Part shown: positions 44,611 to 55,058 of the stretch, in pieces
Layout of the letters: every line of letters begins with the position of its first letter
Numbering within the stretch: position 1 is the first letter of the stretch
NCBI GenBank assembly: GCA_041478555.1
Contig: JBGOWI010000003.1
Span: forward strand, 8,408-72,407
DNA from: Phycisphaerae bacterium
GTDB lineage: Bacteria; Planctomycetota; Phycisphaerae; Sedimentisphaerales; UBA12454
Length of the DNA stretch: 64,000 nt
Direction of reading: 5' to 3'
The notes under the pieces: model-generated
What the model was told of the DNA's origin: nothing
Databases searched by the model: none
Seen by the model: only the letters and a program-made list of their open reading frames with translations
Program-made: the position numbers and the translations under genes

Positions 44611-45843
44611 TTATTGGGGTTTTATCTTTGCTGGTCCTATTGTTATAGAACAGAATTTTTCAAATGTATTATTTTTCAGATATTTAAGAACACTCTGGAT
44701 GCTGATTTTTTCTATCTGCTGTTTTATTTCATCAAGGCTTCTGACTTTGCCGAGCATATAGTAATCCATCGCGGCTGCCTGTGCTCTCGCTATAGTCGAT
44801 TCGCTTTGCATTATAAGGCTGCTTTTGAGTCCGATTTTTGCTCTTTTGAGTTCATCTTCGCTTAGCACGTCGGCAAGTTTTTTGAATTCGGTTATTATTA
44901 CATCATAGGTTTGTTGTGCCTTATCCGGCGTTGTTCCGGCGTAACAGCCGATGCCTGCCATTTCCTTAAGGCTGTGATAGCTTGCGCCGACGGCGTAACA
45001 AAGACCTCTTTTTTCTCTGACCTCTGTGAAAAGCCTTGAGCTCGTGCCGTCTGAAAGGATGGCAACAGCAACTCTTGCGTTGTAATAATCCGCACTTTGA
45101 GGTGTTACGGTCGGGGTCATAATGCCGATGTGCACCTGAGCTCCGTCATATTGCTGATGGTGATAGACAAGAGATTGTTTTTTGGGATTTATATTTTTTG
45201 TTTTTTTGGGTTTTTCAGAGCCGAAGAGTTTTTCGAACAACGAGCAAAGGCTTTTAAAATCATATTTTCCTGCAACGGCGAAGATAATTTCAGAGATATT
45301 GAAATTTTCAGAAATTATCTGTTTACACATTTGTGCTGTCAGGTTCTGCAAATCCTTCTGGCAGCCGAGCGGGCTTCTTCCCAGCGGGTCGGGATAGAAA
45401 TGTTCCCGCAGCAGGAGCATGGTTTTATGCATTGGGTCATCCTGGAGGCTTGACAGTTCGTGTAATGCGAGTTGTCTTGAGAAATCAAACTGTTCGCCGT
45501 TAAGAGCGGGATTAAGAATTATATCTGCGTAAAGCTCGACAGCTTTAAGAAGATTATCCGCTCCGAGAGCCGCTGATAAATTGATATGTTTTGATTTGAC
45601 GCTGCTGCCGCGGTGCAGCCCAAGGCCGTCGAGCATATCGGTAAGTTCTCTGCTTGTCCTGCCGCCTGCGCCTCTGAAAATCCAGTCACAGATTACGGCA
45701 GGCGCGCCGCAGCAGTCGTCAGGCACAACAGAGGCTCCTGCCGGCAGCAGAAAATCAAACGCAGCCGACTGTACGCCGGCCATCGGTATGCCCAGTATCG
45801 TCATCCCATTGGCAAGTTTGTATATGTCGATTTTTTCAGCCAT
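44611..45843 (-). CDS. M16-family peptidase-like protein (non-catalytic partner, no HxxEH)
   Basis: 410 aa, homologous in layout to the adjacent M16 gene but lacking the zinc motif. Its stop is 1 nt before the partner's start. Confidence 0.82.
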   Translation of the reverse strand: MAEKIDIYKLANGMTILGIPMAGVQSAAFDFLLPAGASVVPDDCCGAPAVICDWIFRGAGGRTSRELTDMLDGLGLHRGSSVKSKHINLSAALGADNLLKAVELYADIILNPALNGEQFDFSRQLALHELSSLQDDPMHKTMLLLREHFYPDPLGRSPLGCQKDLQNLTAQMCKQIISENFNISEIIFAVAGKYDFKSLCSLFEKLFGSEKPKKTKNINPKKQSLVYHHQQYDGAQVHIGIMTPTVTPQSADYYNARVAVAILSDGTSSRLFTEVREKRGLCYAVGASYHSLKEMAGIGCYAGTTPDKAQQTYDVIITEFKKLADVLSEDELKRAKIGLKSSLIMQSESTIARAQAAAMDYYMLGKVRSLDEIKQQIEKISIQSVLKYLKNNTFEKFCSITIGPAKIKPQ

Positions 45844-45855
45844 AACAGATAAAGT

Positions 45856-47127
45856 TTAAACGCTCTGGCGTTCGATTTTAGCGCCGACGGCGTTGAGTTT
45901 TTCTTCGATTTTTTCATAGCCTCTGTCGATGTGATAGACGCGGTTTACGGTTGTTTGGCCATAAGCGGCAAGGGCTGCAAGGACAAGAGCGGCTGAGGCG
46001 CGCAAATCGGAAGCCATTACCGGAGCGGCAATAAGTTTTTCAACGCCGCTGACTATTATGTGAGGGCCTTCTTTTCTTAAGTTCGCAGCCATTCTGCTGA
46101 GTTCCGCCACGTGCATAAATCTGTCGGGGAAGATTTTTTCAGTTATTACACTGTTTCCTTTTGCAAGGCACAAACAGGCCATAAACTGGGCCTGCAGGTC
46201 GGTCGGAAAGCCCGGATAAGGAAGCGTTGTGATATCGGTCGGCTGGATGTGGCCATTCGATGAAACTTCGCAGCCGTCCTGGTTTTCTTCGACGGCAACG
46301 TTCATACTTCTGAGTTTATCGATTACTGCCATCAGATGTTCAGGTCTGCAGTTTTTTAATTTCAGTTTTCCCTTAGTTATCGCAGCAGCAGCCATAAAAG
46401 TACCGGCTTCGATTCTGTCCGGTATCACGGTATATTCAACCGGGTTTAAATGTTTTACGCCGTGGATTATCAGTTGAGGCGAGCCGATGCCGGAAATTTT
46501 AGCACCCATTTTGACAAGACAGTTTGCAAGGTCGGTTATTTCCGGCTCGCAGGCAGCGGATTCGATGACAGTTTTTCCTTTTGCCAGAACGGCGGCCGAC
46601 AGGACATTTGCAGTTGCAAGAACACTCGAACCGAACGGCCCGCCTAAAAATATATTTGCTCCTTTAAGACCGCTGTTTGCATGAGCGACTATGTATCCGT
46701 TTTTGAGTTCGATTTTTGCGCCCAGTTCCTGCAGACCCCGCAGGTGAATATCAACGGGCCTGTAGCCGATCGCGCATCCGCCGGGCATTGAAACCTCGGC
46801 TCTGCCGCAGCGTGCAAGCAGAGGGCCGAGGACGCAGACGCCGGCCCGCATCTTACGGACAATTTCATAATCGCCGAACGGTCTGTCGATGGATGCAGAA
46901 TCGATTGAAACAGTGTTGCTGTCAACAGCTGTTTTGCAGCCCATATTTTCTATAAGTTTGCACATTACTGATATATCGCTGAGGTTCGGAATGCCGAACA
47001 GGGTATTTTTGCCCGGTGCGAGGATTGTTGCGGCCATTGTGGGCAGGGCGGCATTTTTTGAGCCGCTGATTGTAACTGTGCCGTTCAAGCTGACAGGGCC
47101 TGTAATTTTAAATATATCAAGAGCCAT
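45856..47127 (-). CDS. murA: UDP-N-acetylglucosamine 1-carboxyvinyltransferase
   Basis: ISGSKNAALP..., GGCAIGYRPVDIHL (catalytic Cys loop) and FPTDLQAQ. Confidence 0.95.
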   Translation of the reverse strand: MALDIFKITGPVSLNGTVTISGSKNAALPTMAATILAPGKNTLFGIPNLSDISVMCKLIENMGCKTAVDSNTVSIDSASIDRPFGDYEIVRKMRAGVCVLGPLLARCGRAEVSMPGGCAIGYRPVDIHLRGLQELGAKIELKNGYIVAHANSGLKGANIFLGGPFGSSVLATANVLSAAVLAKGKTVIESAACEPEITDLANCLVKMGAKISGIGSPQLIIHGVKHLNPVEYTVIPDRIEAGTFMAAAAITKGKLKLKNCRPEHLMAVIDKLRSMNVAVEENQDGCEVSSNGHIQPTDITTLPYPGFPTDLQAQFMACLCLAKGNSVITEKIFPDRFMHVAELSRMAANLRKEGPHIIVSGVEKLIAAPVMASDLRASAALVLAALAAYGQTTVNRVYHIDRGYEKIEEKLNAVGAKIERQSV

Positions 47128-47202
47128 ATTAAAAATCCTTGAAAAGAAAGAGATAATCTAATACAAAAAAGCAGTTTATGCAACTGTAGGCGGAGGTGTT
47201 TT

Positions 47203-48072
47203 GTGTTTTTTGTGGAAATTTTATTATCGGCTGATTCAGCGAACCGGCGTTTTGTTGCTGATTATGCGTCTATTTTTATGATTATTTCGGCCCTGGCCGG
47301 TTTGGCATTGTTTATTTACTGGGCGGTAAAAAACAGGTTTGGCAGAGGCACCCTCGAGCGGGCGATTTTTCGGCAGAATTTTATGCCTTATTATCTGCCT
47401 TTTGCGGTTATTTTCGGCTGGCTCGGCCTTTATCTGGTTATTTCGAATCTGGCTGAGAATCTTACGGCCCAGTTGCCCGACTGGCAGCAAAAACTTGCTG
47501 TTTATTCGAGTTTTGTCCTGATTGAAATTGTTATTATTATATTTATTTTCATCTCAGCCAGAAGATATTTTGAGGGCGGCTTGAGCGGTTTTGGTCTGAG
47601 TTTGAAGGGTATCTTTAAGGATATTGTTTCTGCTGCGGCGATGTTTGTTGCGGTCTGGCCGCTGGTCTTGGCGGCGATTTTTTTGATTATAAGAATCGGC
47701 AGGATTATTGAGGGGCCGGATTTTCAGATGCAGCAGAACGAAGGACTGGCCGTTATTCTTGAAAACAAGCAATGGAGTCTGCGGCTTTTGATGATTTTCT
47801 TTGCGACAATTTTAACGCCGATTTTTGAGGAGCTGATTTTCAGAGGTCTTTTGCAGACTTATTTGCGCGATCTTGATTACAGTCCCTGGCAGAGCATATT
47901 TATTGCTTCGATAATTTTTTCAATTCTTCATCCGCTGATGCACCTGCCGGCGTTGCTGATTTTGTCTGTCTGTATGGGCTATGCCTATGAAAGAAGCGGC
48001 TCGCTGCTGCGGCCGATTTTTATACACCTGTTTTTCAATGCTGCCACAATAGCATTTGCGTTATTAGGATGA
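47203..48072 (+). CDS. CPBP-family intramembrane glutamic endopeptidase (CAAX protease-like)
   Basis: Motifs EELIFRGLLQ, FSILHPLMH and HLFFN in a polytopic membrane protein. Confidence 0.8.
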   Translation: MFFVEILLSADSANRRFVADYASIFMIISALAGLALFIYWAVKNRFGRGTLERAIFRQNFMPYYLPFAVIFGWLGLYLVISNLAENLTAQLPDWQQKLAVYSSFVLIEIVIIIFIFISARRYFEGGLSGFGLSLKGIFKDIVSAAAMFVAVWPLVLAAIFLIIRIGRIIEGPDFQMQQNEGLAVILENKQWSLRLLMIFFATILTPIFEELIFRGLLQTYLRDLDYSPWQSIFIASIIFSILHPLMHLPALLILSVCMGYAYERSGSLLRPIFIHLFFNAATIAFALLG

Positions 48073-48076
48073 AGTG

Positions 48077-48874
48077 CTATTTGAGGCCGAGGACATCAGC
48101 CATTGAGTATCGGGCTGGTTTTTTGCCGACAAGCCACTGTGCTGCTCTGATTGCTCCCGCAGCAAAGGTATCTCTGCTATGTGCGCTGTGCGAAATGGTT
48201 ACGGTTTCGCCGAGCGAGCCGAACATAATAGAATGTTCGCCTACGGTATCGCCCAGTCTAATTGCCTGTATGCCTATTGTGCCTTTTTTTCGCAGGGCCT
48301 CTTTACCTTTTCTGCTGATATCGAGACAGTCTGGAAATTTTTTATTAGTTTGCGCTGCTATTCTTTCAGCGAGCGTCATAGCAGAGCCGCTGGGCGAATC
48401 TTTTTTGAAGCGGTGATGAGCTTCGATGATTTCGATATCGTATTCATCGCCAAGTTTCGCTGCGACTTGTCCGACAAGTTCAAAAAGCAGATTCATACCA
48501 ATGCTCATATTTGTTGCCTGGATGACGGGGATTTTTTTTGCAGCCTCATCGATTTTTTTAATTTGTTCGGCAGACAGGCCGGTAGTACCTGATACGAGGG
48601 CGCAATTTTGTTTAAGACAGTATTCGACTGTGCTGTCAAAAGCGGCAGGTGCGGAAAAGTCAATTACCACATCCGCCTTTGGCGGAAAATCCGGGCTGAT
48701 TTTGACATTGATTGAACCGATTCCGGCCGGAAGTCCTGCATCTTTGCCGATTTCGGGACAGTTTCTGTCTTCAACCGCTCCGATTATATCAAATTGCTTT
48801 GATTCGACAGCGAGAGCGATAATTCGTCCGCCCATTCTGCCGGCAGTGCCAACGACGACCAATTTTGGTTTCAT
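48077..48874 (-). CDS. dapB: 4-hydroxy-tetrahydrodipicolinate reductase
   Basis: MKPKLVVVGTAGRMG (Rossmann fold), EAHHRFKKDSPSGSA and LGDTVGEHS. ATG at 48874 has an AAGGA SD. Confidence 0.93.
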   Translation of the reverse strand: MKPKLVVVGTAGRMGGRIIALAVESKQFDIIGAVEDRNCPEIGKDAGLPAGIGSINVKISPDFPPKADVVIDFSAPAAFDSTVEYCLKQNCALVSGTTGLSAEQIKKIDEAAKKIPVIQATNMSIGMNLLFELVGQVAAKLGDEYDIEIIEAHHRFKKDSPSGSAMTLAERIAAQTNKKFPDCLDISRKGKEALRKKGTIGIQAIRLGDTVGEHSIMFGSLGETVTISHSAHSRDTFAAGAIRAAQWLVGKKPARYSMADVLGLK

Positions 48875-48962
48875 CTTACGTCCTTTCAAGACATTTGACG
48901 TAAGTATAAGCTAAAAAGGAGCTTTTGACAAGCAGTGAGTTTCTACAGCAGGGGCGGTATCC

Positions 48963-51020
48963 CTATTTTTTCGGCTCGACTGAGCTCGCCGAAGTCGGCT
49001 CTGCAAACTGCCGGAAGTATTTAATGCATACATTGCGCCAGAGTTCAGCGTTTTTCTGCTGTTCTTTCAGCCGTTTGCTGACGTGCTCATATCGCTGAGG
49101 GTCGATTTTGCCGTGCAAGGTCTCCCAGATACTGCGCATTTTCTCCACATATTTAACTCCCGCGTCGTAGCGGTATTGAAGCTCGTCCCAGAGTGTTCGG
49201 TCGGACTGCAGCCGATAGTCCCACGGTACATGGTGAAACCAAAGCAGAAACTTCTCAGGGCAGGTTTCTATTTTGTCTAACTGCTCTCGGAGCGGACTGT
49301 GATACAGGCTGACGGTATTGCTGCCGGCGCTGCTGCGGTCGAACCCCAGGCCATTGGCATCAGCCCGGTGGTAGTAAACGGAGCTCCAGTCTGTCCGTCT
49401 CGTTGAGTTAAAGGCAGGATTAGGCCCATAATGATGACCTTCCTGCATAATGTGGTGCAGACCCAGCGGTGTCATATAATCGACGCACGCTTCCCAGGAA
49501 CCGAGCATCATAGTTTTGATTGCATCCAGAACAACCGGGTCATTAGACCATGTCATCCTTATCCATTCATCGCAGATGGATTCGGCGCTTAACTGGTAAT
49601 CCCATGCGAGGCGCCCGAAGGCGTACCAGTTAGCCTGTGCGAAGTGGTGGCCGCACCAGTTACGGTCCGAGCCGGTATTGGCAACGCCGACTATGGCTGA
49701 GGTGGTATAGCCGTACAAAGAGCCGTCTACAATCCTGGCAACCGTCGAGCCTGTTCCTTTGGCGTATGTATCTGAGTCCAGTATCTCCTTCCACATCGGA
49801 GCCAGATAAACCAGATGAACGGCTTGGCCGAGATATTCCTGTGTGATTTGGAGTTCAAGTGCCAGAGGCGTCTTTGACATCGCACCAAACAGAGGGTGGA
49901 ACGGCTCTCGCGGCTGGAAATCGATGGGGCCGTTCTTGACCTCCACAAAAACATTGGGGCGAAAGCTGCCGTCCAGAGGCACAAACTCCTTATATGCACA
50001 CTTGAATCTGTCTGTATCGATTGTTGTGCCATAGACAAAAGCTCGCCACAACACTACCCCGCGGTAGGGTCTCAGTGCCTCAGCCAGCATATTGGCGCCA
50101 TCGTCGTGATTTGCCCCGTAGTCCTGCGGGCCGGGCTGTCCTTCTGAACTTGCCTTAATTTGGAATCCGCCGAAATCCGGTATCATACTGTAAATCTCGT
50201 CGGCCTTTTTCTTCCACCATTGGGCCACTGCCGGGTCTCGCGGATCGCTTGTTGCCAGGCCTCCGAGCTCCGTAGGGGCACTGAAAACAGCTGTCAAATA
50301 CACTCGGATACCGTATGGTCTTAATACATCAGCTAAAGCTGCCATTTTGGCTATGTATTTGGTGGTCAAACTTTCGGCCTGAGCATTGACGTTGTTTAGG
50401 ATAGCGCCGTTGATGCCGACCGACGCACAAGCTCGAGCATAATCGTGGTACCGTGAGTCGATTTTCGCCGGCAGCTGGCCCCATTTCCATAGCGAATGTC
50501 CTGCATAGCCCCGTTCAATTGTGCCGTCAATATTATCCCAGTGGCTGAGCAGCCGATGTCGAATGCGCGGGCAGCTTAAGATATCAATATCTTGAATGTC
50601 TTGCTGTGTCCGGAGAATTCTTAAGAAGTGAAACGTGCCGGTCAAAACGGCAATGTCAGTGTTGGCTGTGATTACAATCCATTTGTTTTCGCCAGTCTGA
50701 TGAAGCCGGATTAGGAAACCTTCATCGTCCAGTTGATGGCGGTCAGCTTGTGATATGTCCACATTTATTTTTTTGAGGTCGTTGACTGTCCCTATCACCA
50801 CCGCGTTGCCGGTCGGTTTATTTGGTCCGATTGGAATTTCCTGGTCGAGTATTGCCGGCAGTGCCCGCTCAAACTCATTTTTGATAATGTCGAATGTTGC
50901 GCCTTTGCCGAGGATTGCCACGCCGCCGACTGCCCGGCGGTATTGTGCCAATCGGTTCGGGTTGTCCACCTTGCGATATCGCAACCACAACTCGTATCCG
51001 TCCTCGCGTTTGTTTGTCAT
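48963..51020 (-). CDS. aguA: Alpha-glucuronidase (GH67)
   Basis: EDGYELWLRYRKV N-terminus and GH67 catalytic-core blocks (WDNIDGTIERGYAGHSLW, GFQIKASSEGQPGP, QITQEYLGQ). The ATG at 51020 (AGGAAAG SD) is preferred over the longer ORF-track start. Confidence 0.87.
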   Translation of the reverse strand: MTNKREDGYELWLRYRKVDNPNRLAQYRRAVGGVAILGKGATFDIIKNEFERALPAILDQEIPIGPNKPTGNAVVIGTVNDLKKINVDISQADRHQLDDEGFLIRLHQTGENKWIVITANTDIAVLTGTFHFLRILRTQQDIQDIDILSCPRIRHRLLSHWDNIDGTIERGYAGHSLWKWGQLPAKIDSRYHDYARACASVGINGAILNNVNAQAESLTTKYIAKMAALADVLRPYGIRVYLTAVFSAPTELGGLATSDPRDPAVAQWWKKKADEIYSMIPDFGGFQIKASSEGQPGPQDYGANHDDGANMLAEALRPYRGVVLWRAFVYGTTIDTDRFKCAYKEFVPLDGSFRPNVFVEVKNGPIDFQPREPFHPLFGAMSKTPLALELQITQEYLGQAVHLVYLAPMWKEILDSDTYAKGTGSTVARIVDGSLYGYTTSAIVGVANTGSDRNWCGHHFAQANWYAFGRLAWDYQLSAESICDEWIRMTWSNDPVVLDAIKTMMLGSWEACVDYMTPLGLHHIMQEGHHYGPNPAFNSTRRTDWSSVYYHRADANGLGFDRSSAGSNTVSLYHSPLREQLDKIETCPEKFLLWFHHVPWDYRLQSDRTLWDELQYRYDAGVKYVEKMRSIWETLHGKIDPQRYEHVSKRLKEQQKNAELWRNVCIKYFRQFAEPTSASSVEPKK

Positions 51021-51291
51021 AATCTTTTTCTTTCCTGTGCTATGGTTCTCATCGCATAGCTGCGATATAAAATAGCAATGATTGTTAGTTTTTCCGACAG
51101 CGATGTCAAGGACGGCCAACCACTTTATTAGCAGGCATAGACAAATCACTCTCCCTGTAATAATAAAGTTTCTGCCGTTCAGTTTCATACTATGGTTTTA
51201 TCTTTAAATAGTGAATATCCAGTTTTCGGAAGTTAACGTAAGTATATAATGGGAATAAGGTTTTGGCAAGTCTTGTTTAGTGTAATAAGAC

Positions 51292-51319
51292 TTGCATTGT
51301 TTGAGAAAAGGTATATAAT
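51292..51319 (+). promoter_or_regulatory. Putative promoter of rpmE (TTGCAT-16 nt-TATAAT)
   Basis: Hexamers at 51292-51297 and 51314-51319, 30 nt upstream of the rpmE ATG. Confidence 0.4.
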
Positions 51320-51349
51320 GTTGTGCTTTACATTTTAAGGTGAAAAGAA

Positions 51350-51598
51350 ATGAAAAAGGACATACATCCTAAATATCAGACGGTAAAGGTCAAATGCGGC
51401 TGCGGGAATACTTTTGAGACCCGCAGCACGGTAAAGGAAATCCACGCTGAAATATGCTCGATGTGCCATCCTTTTTATACCGGCAAGCACAAGTTTGTCG
51501 ATACGGCGGGGCGAATCGAGCGTTTCCAGAAGAAATACGGCCAAAGCTATATCGAAAAGACACAGAAGGACGAAAAGGCACAAAAGAAGGAAAAATAG
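51350..51598 (+). CDS. rpmE: 50S ribosomal protein L31 (zinc-binding type, with a K/E-rich C-terminal extension)
   Basis: [27 protein letters not shown]...[11 protein letters not shown]. Confidence 0.93.
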   Translation: MKKDIHPKYQTVKVKCGCGNTFETRSTVKEIHAEICSMCHPFYTGKHKFVDTAGRIERFQKKYGQSYIEKTQKDEKAQKKEK

Positions 51599-51688
51599 AT
51601 TTTTTTGTTTACAAATTACGCTGTTGGGCTTAATCAAACAAATTATGCACCGGCAGCGTAATTTTTTTATATCTTTTGAGCAGACCTT

Positions 51689-52777
51689 ATGAATGAAACA
51701 GATTCAGCAGTTGTAAAAAAACTTGAGGAACTTGAAGGCCGATATGCTGAAATTGAGGCCCAGCTTCACGACCCCGCTGTTTCCACAGATTCGGCAAGAC
51801 TTATTCCACTTACAAAGGAACAAGGCAAACTCAAACCTGTTGTAACAAAATACCGCGGCTATAAAAAACTGCTTGCGGAAATCGAGCAGGCACAGGCGAT
51901 TTTGAACGACGGCGGGGCGGAAGAGGAATTTAAACAGCTTGCCGCTGAGGATTTGGCGGGGCTTGAGGAGAAGAAGACACGGCTTTTTGAGCAGATAAAG
52001 GATTCTCTTATAATGTCTGACGATGCGGCGGTAGGCTCGGTCATAATGGAGATACGGGCCGGTACAGGCGGCGATGAAGCGGCGCTGTTTGCCCGCGATT
52101 TGTACGATATGTATACTCACTATGCGGACAAGCAGAAATGGAAGGTTGAGCTGCTTGATTTCAGCGCAAATGAGCTTGGCGGTTTTCGCGAGGTTATATT
52201 CAACGTAAAAGGCCCCGGCGTATGGGCTCATCTTGGCTATGAAGGCGGAGGGCATCGTGTTCAGCGGGTGCCGGAGACTGAAACGCAGGGCAGGATACAT
52301 ACATCTGCGGTTACGGTTGCCGTTCTGCCTGAGCCGGAGGAGCTGGCGATTAAAATAAATCCAGATGATGTTGTCGAACATGTCAGCCGCTCAGGCGGTC
52401 CCGGCGGCCAGAGCGTCAACAAGCTCAACAGTGCGGTCAGGCTCGAACATATACCCACAGGCATAACGGTAAATATGCGCGAGGATAGAAGCCAGCACAA
52501 AAACAGGTCAAAGGCCTGGCGGCTGCTGCGAAGCAGGGTTTATGAGCATTTTCAGAGCATCGAAAGTGCGCATCGCGACAAGACTCGAAAGACAATGATA
52601 GGCTCAGGCGACCGCTCCGAAAAAATAAGGACTTATAATTTTCCGCAGAACCGTATTACCGACCATCGGATAAATCTGTCGCTTTACAATCTCGAGAGAA
52701 TTATGGCCGGCGATATGGACGAGTTGATATCCGGCCTGATTGAATACGATAAAAAACTTCGGCTTGAAAGTTTGTGA
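51689..52777 (+). CDS. prfA: Peptide chain release factor 1
   Basis: The tripeptide-anticodon region VQRVPETETQGRIHTS (PxT type) and the GGQ motif SGGPGGQSVNK. Confidence 0.95.
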   Translation: MNETDSAVVKKLEELEGRYAEIEAQLHDPAVSTDSARLIPLTKEQGKLKPVVTKYRGYKKLLAEIEQAQAILNDGGAEEEFKQLAAEDLAGLEEKKTRLFEQIKDSLIMSDDAAVGSVIMEIRAGTGGDEAALFARDLYDMYTHYADKQKWKVELLDFSANELGGFREVIFNVKGPGVWAHLGYEGGGHRVQRVPETETQGRIHTSAVTVAVLPEPEELAIKINPDDVVEHVSRSGGPGGQSVNKLNSAVRLEHIPTGITVNMREDRSQHKNRSKAWRLLRSRVYEHFQSIESAHRDKTRKTMIGSGDRSEKIRTYNFPQNRITDHRINLSLYNLERIMAGDMDELISGLIEYDKKLRLESL

Positions 52778-54189
52778 TGGTGCTTTCTGCTGCTGAATCT
52801 GTCTGTATAAAGCGATGCCGACTGGTTTGTGAAAAAGTATCGGTGCAGGTTGGGCTACAGAAGCTGGTGCGGTATTTTTCATCTCTTTCTAATTCATCTA
52901 TTCTCGGCGGGGCTGATTTAAATCCTGTCAGGAATCGCTATAGTTATTTTGCTGCTGAACCTGTTGAAGTTTTTGAGTTCTTTGGAGATGAGGAAAGACC
53001 ATTTGAAAAATTAAGGACTGTTCTAAAAAAATATTGTCTTGATGACAGTATAGAGGGACTGGAGGGTATTTTCACAGGCGGCTGGATTGGCTTTTTCAGT
53101 TATGACCTTAACAGGTTTATTGAGGATATACCTACCATCACTGCCGACGAGTTGAGATTGCCTTTAATCAGACTCCTGTTTTATGATAAGGTTATCTGTT
53201 TCGACCATCTGAGAAACTGTTTTTATCTTTTTGCAGTTGGACTGCCGGATGACGAAAAAAGCGGCGAAGAAAAAATTACACAGCTTATGGAAATCTTAAA
53301 TCAGGCAGCAGACAGCGAAGATACGATACTTTTGAAACCTTGCGATGATTTTGACATCAGCCAGTTTCAGTCCAATATGACAAAGGATTATTATCTCGAT
53401 GCGATTGCGAAGATAAAAAGATATATTTATGACGGCGAAGTTTATCAGATAAATTTCTCCCAGTGTTTCAAAGCTGAGTTTCATTCAGATGCTTTCAAAC
53501 TTTTTCTATGGCAAAACAAATTCAATCCCAGCCCATATTCAGCGTATATCGATGCGGGAGATTATAAAATCGTAAGCGCTTCGCCTGAACTTTTTATTAA
53601 CATAACTGATGGTTTAATTAGAACCTGCCCCATTAAAGGCACAAGACCGCGAACGCACAACAAATCTATCGATGAAAAAAATTACAATGACCTTGTTGAA
53701 AGCGAAAAGGAAAAAGCGGAGCTGGATATGATAATCGACCTTGAGCGAAACGACCTCGGCAGGATTTGTTCTTACGGCACTATTAAAGTTGTAAAAAGAC
53801 GTGATATAGAGGCCTTTGCGACGGTTTTTCACGCAGTTGCAACAATACAGGGCCGATTGCGGCAGAGGGTTGATTTTGCTGATTGTTTGGCGGCGATATT
53901 TCCGGGCGGGTCGATTACCGGCGCTCCGAAAATTAGTGCGATGAAGATAATTAATGAGCTTGAGCCGACTGCTCGCGGCATTTATACAGGCTCTGTCGGC
54001 TGGATAGATTTGAAGGGCAATGCGTGCTTGAATATAGCCATAAGAACAATTATCATACGCGACGGTTTTGCCTTTGCCCAGACCGGTGGCGGAATCGTTG
54101 CCGATTCTGACCCGCAGGCCGAATGGGCTGAAACGCTTGTAAAAGCAAAGGCCTTGCTTGGCGGCATAAAAGCAGTTGAAGGAAAATAA
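52774..54189 (+). CDS. pabB: Aminodeoxychorismate/anthranilate synthase component I-family enzyme (PabB-like)
   Basis: Chorismate-binding blocks SPELFI, PIKGTRPR, LERNDLGRI, FPGGSITGAPK and GIYTGSVGW. Confidence 0.8.
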   Translation: MMVLSAAESVCIKRCRLVCEKVSVQVGLQKLVRYFSSLSNSSILGGADLNPVRNRYSYFAAEPVEVFEFFGDEERPFEKLRTVLKKYCLDDSIEGLEGIFTGGWIGFFSYDLNRFIEDIPTITADELRLPLIRLLFYDKVICFDHLRNCFYLFAVGLPDDEKSGEEKITQLMEILNQAADSEDTILLKPCDDFDISQFQSNMTKDYYLDAIAKIKRYIYDGEVYQINFSQCFKAEFHSDAFKLFLWQNKFNPSPYSAYIDAGDYKIVSASPELFINITDGLIRTCPIKGTRPRTHNKSIDEKNYNDLVESEKEKAELDMIIDLERNDLGRICSYGTIKVVKRRDIEAFATVFHAVATIQGRLRQRVDFADCLAAIFPGGSITGAPKISAMKIINELEPTARGIYTGSVGWIDLKGNACLNIAIRTIIIRDGFAFAQTGGGIVADSDPQAEWAETLVKAKALLGGIKAVEGK

Positions 54190-55058
54190 TGGCACAGAAG
54201 GTTTTTTTAAATGACGGGATTGTTGATTCTTCGCGAGTCTTTATAAGTCATTCTGACGGCGGATTTTTGTATGGTGCGGGATTGTTCGAGACGATGCGAG
54301 CTTCAAACGGCGTGGTTTTTGTCCTCGATGAGCATTTAGACAGACTTTTTGCCAGTAGCGAAAAGTTTAAAATCAATGTTCGAGGCGATAAAAAATTTAT
54401 TGCTGATGCGGTGTATCAGACGCTTAATGCCAACGGCCTTAAAGATGCCCGCCTGCGCCTGACCGCCACAAGCGGACCGATGAATGCGGAAGAAAGCCAG
54501 CCGACTTTACTTATCACGGCCGTCAATTTCGAGCCTTATCCGAAAAATTATTACGATAAGGGCGTGATGGTTATCTTAAGTTCATACCGTCAAAATCCTG
54601 CCGATGTGCTGGCCGGCCATAAAACGACGAGTTATTTTTCCAGACTATTTGTTTTAGGTGCGGCACATCAAAAGCGTGCTGCTGAGGCGTTGTGGTTTAC
54701 AACTGAAGGTCTTCTTGCCGAAGGATGCGTAAGCAATGTATTTCTCGTGAAGGATTCGGCCCTTTTTACGCCTTCGCTGGATACAGGCATACTGCCGGGT
54801 ATTGCAAGAAAGAATATTCTCAGCCTTGCCGACAAAAATTCCATAAAAGTTGAGGAAAAGGAGCTTACTATTGACGACCTGCTCGGCGCTGATGAAGTTT
54901 TTATTACAAATGTTATAATGCAGGTTATGCCGGTGATAAAAATTGAGGCTCACGATATTGCCGACGCCAGGCCGGGAGCAATGACAAAAAGAATATCCGC
55001 ACTTTTTACGGAATCTTTCAATCAATATTGTTTAGGCAATAAAGGGAATAAAAAATAA
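54189..55058 (+). CDS. pabC: Class IV aminotransferase-fold enzyme, probably aminodeoxychorismate lyase (PabC)
   Basis: Fold-type IV PLP pattern (GLFETMR..., HKTTSY, EGCVSNVF, ILPGIAR). Translationally coupled to the pabB-like gene. Confidence 0.72.
   Translation: MAQKVFLNDGIVDSSRVFISHSDGGFLYGAGLFETMRASNGVVFVLDEHLDRLFASSEKFKINVRGDKKFIADAVYQTLNANGLKDARLRLTATSGPMNAEESQPTLLITAVNFEPYPKNYYDKGVMVILSSYRQNPADVLAGHKTTSYFSRLFVLGAAHQKRAAEALWFTTEGLLAEGCVSNVFLVKDSALFTPSLDTGILPGIARKNILSLADKNSIKVEEKELTIDDLLGADEVFITNVIMQVMPVIKIEAHDIADARPGAMTKRISALFTESFNQYCLGNKGNKK

Noticed and set aside
51615-51668. The hairpin attacgctg...cagcgtaat plus T7 between rpmE and prfA, considered as a terminator.
   Set aside because: The 9-bp stem encloses a 30-nt loop, which makes it weak as an intrinsic terminator. 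I left it unannotated, though read-through control of prfA is possible.
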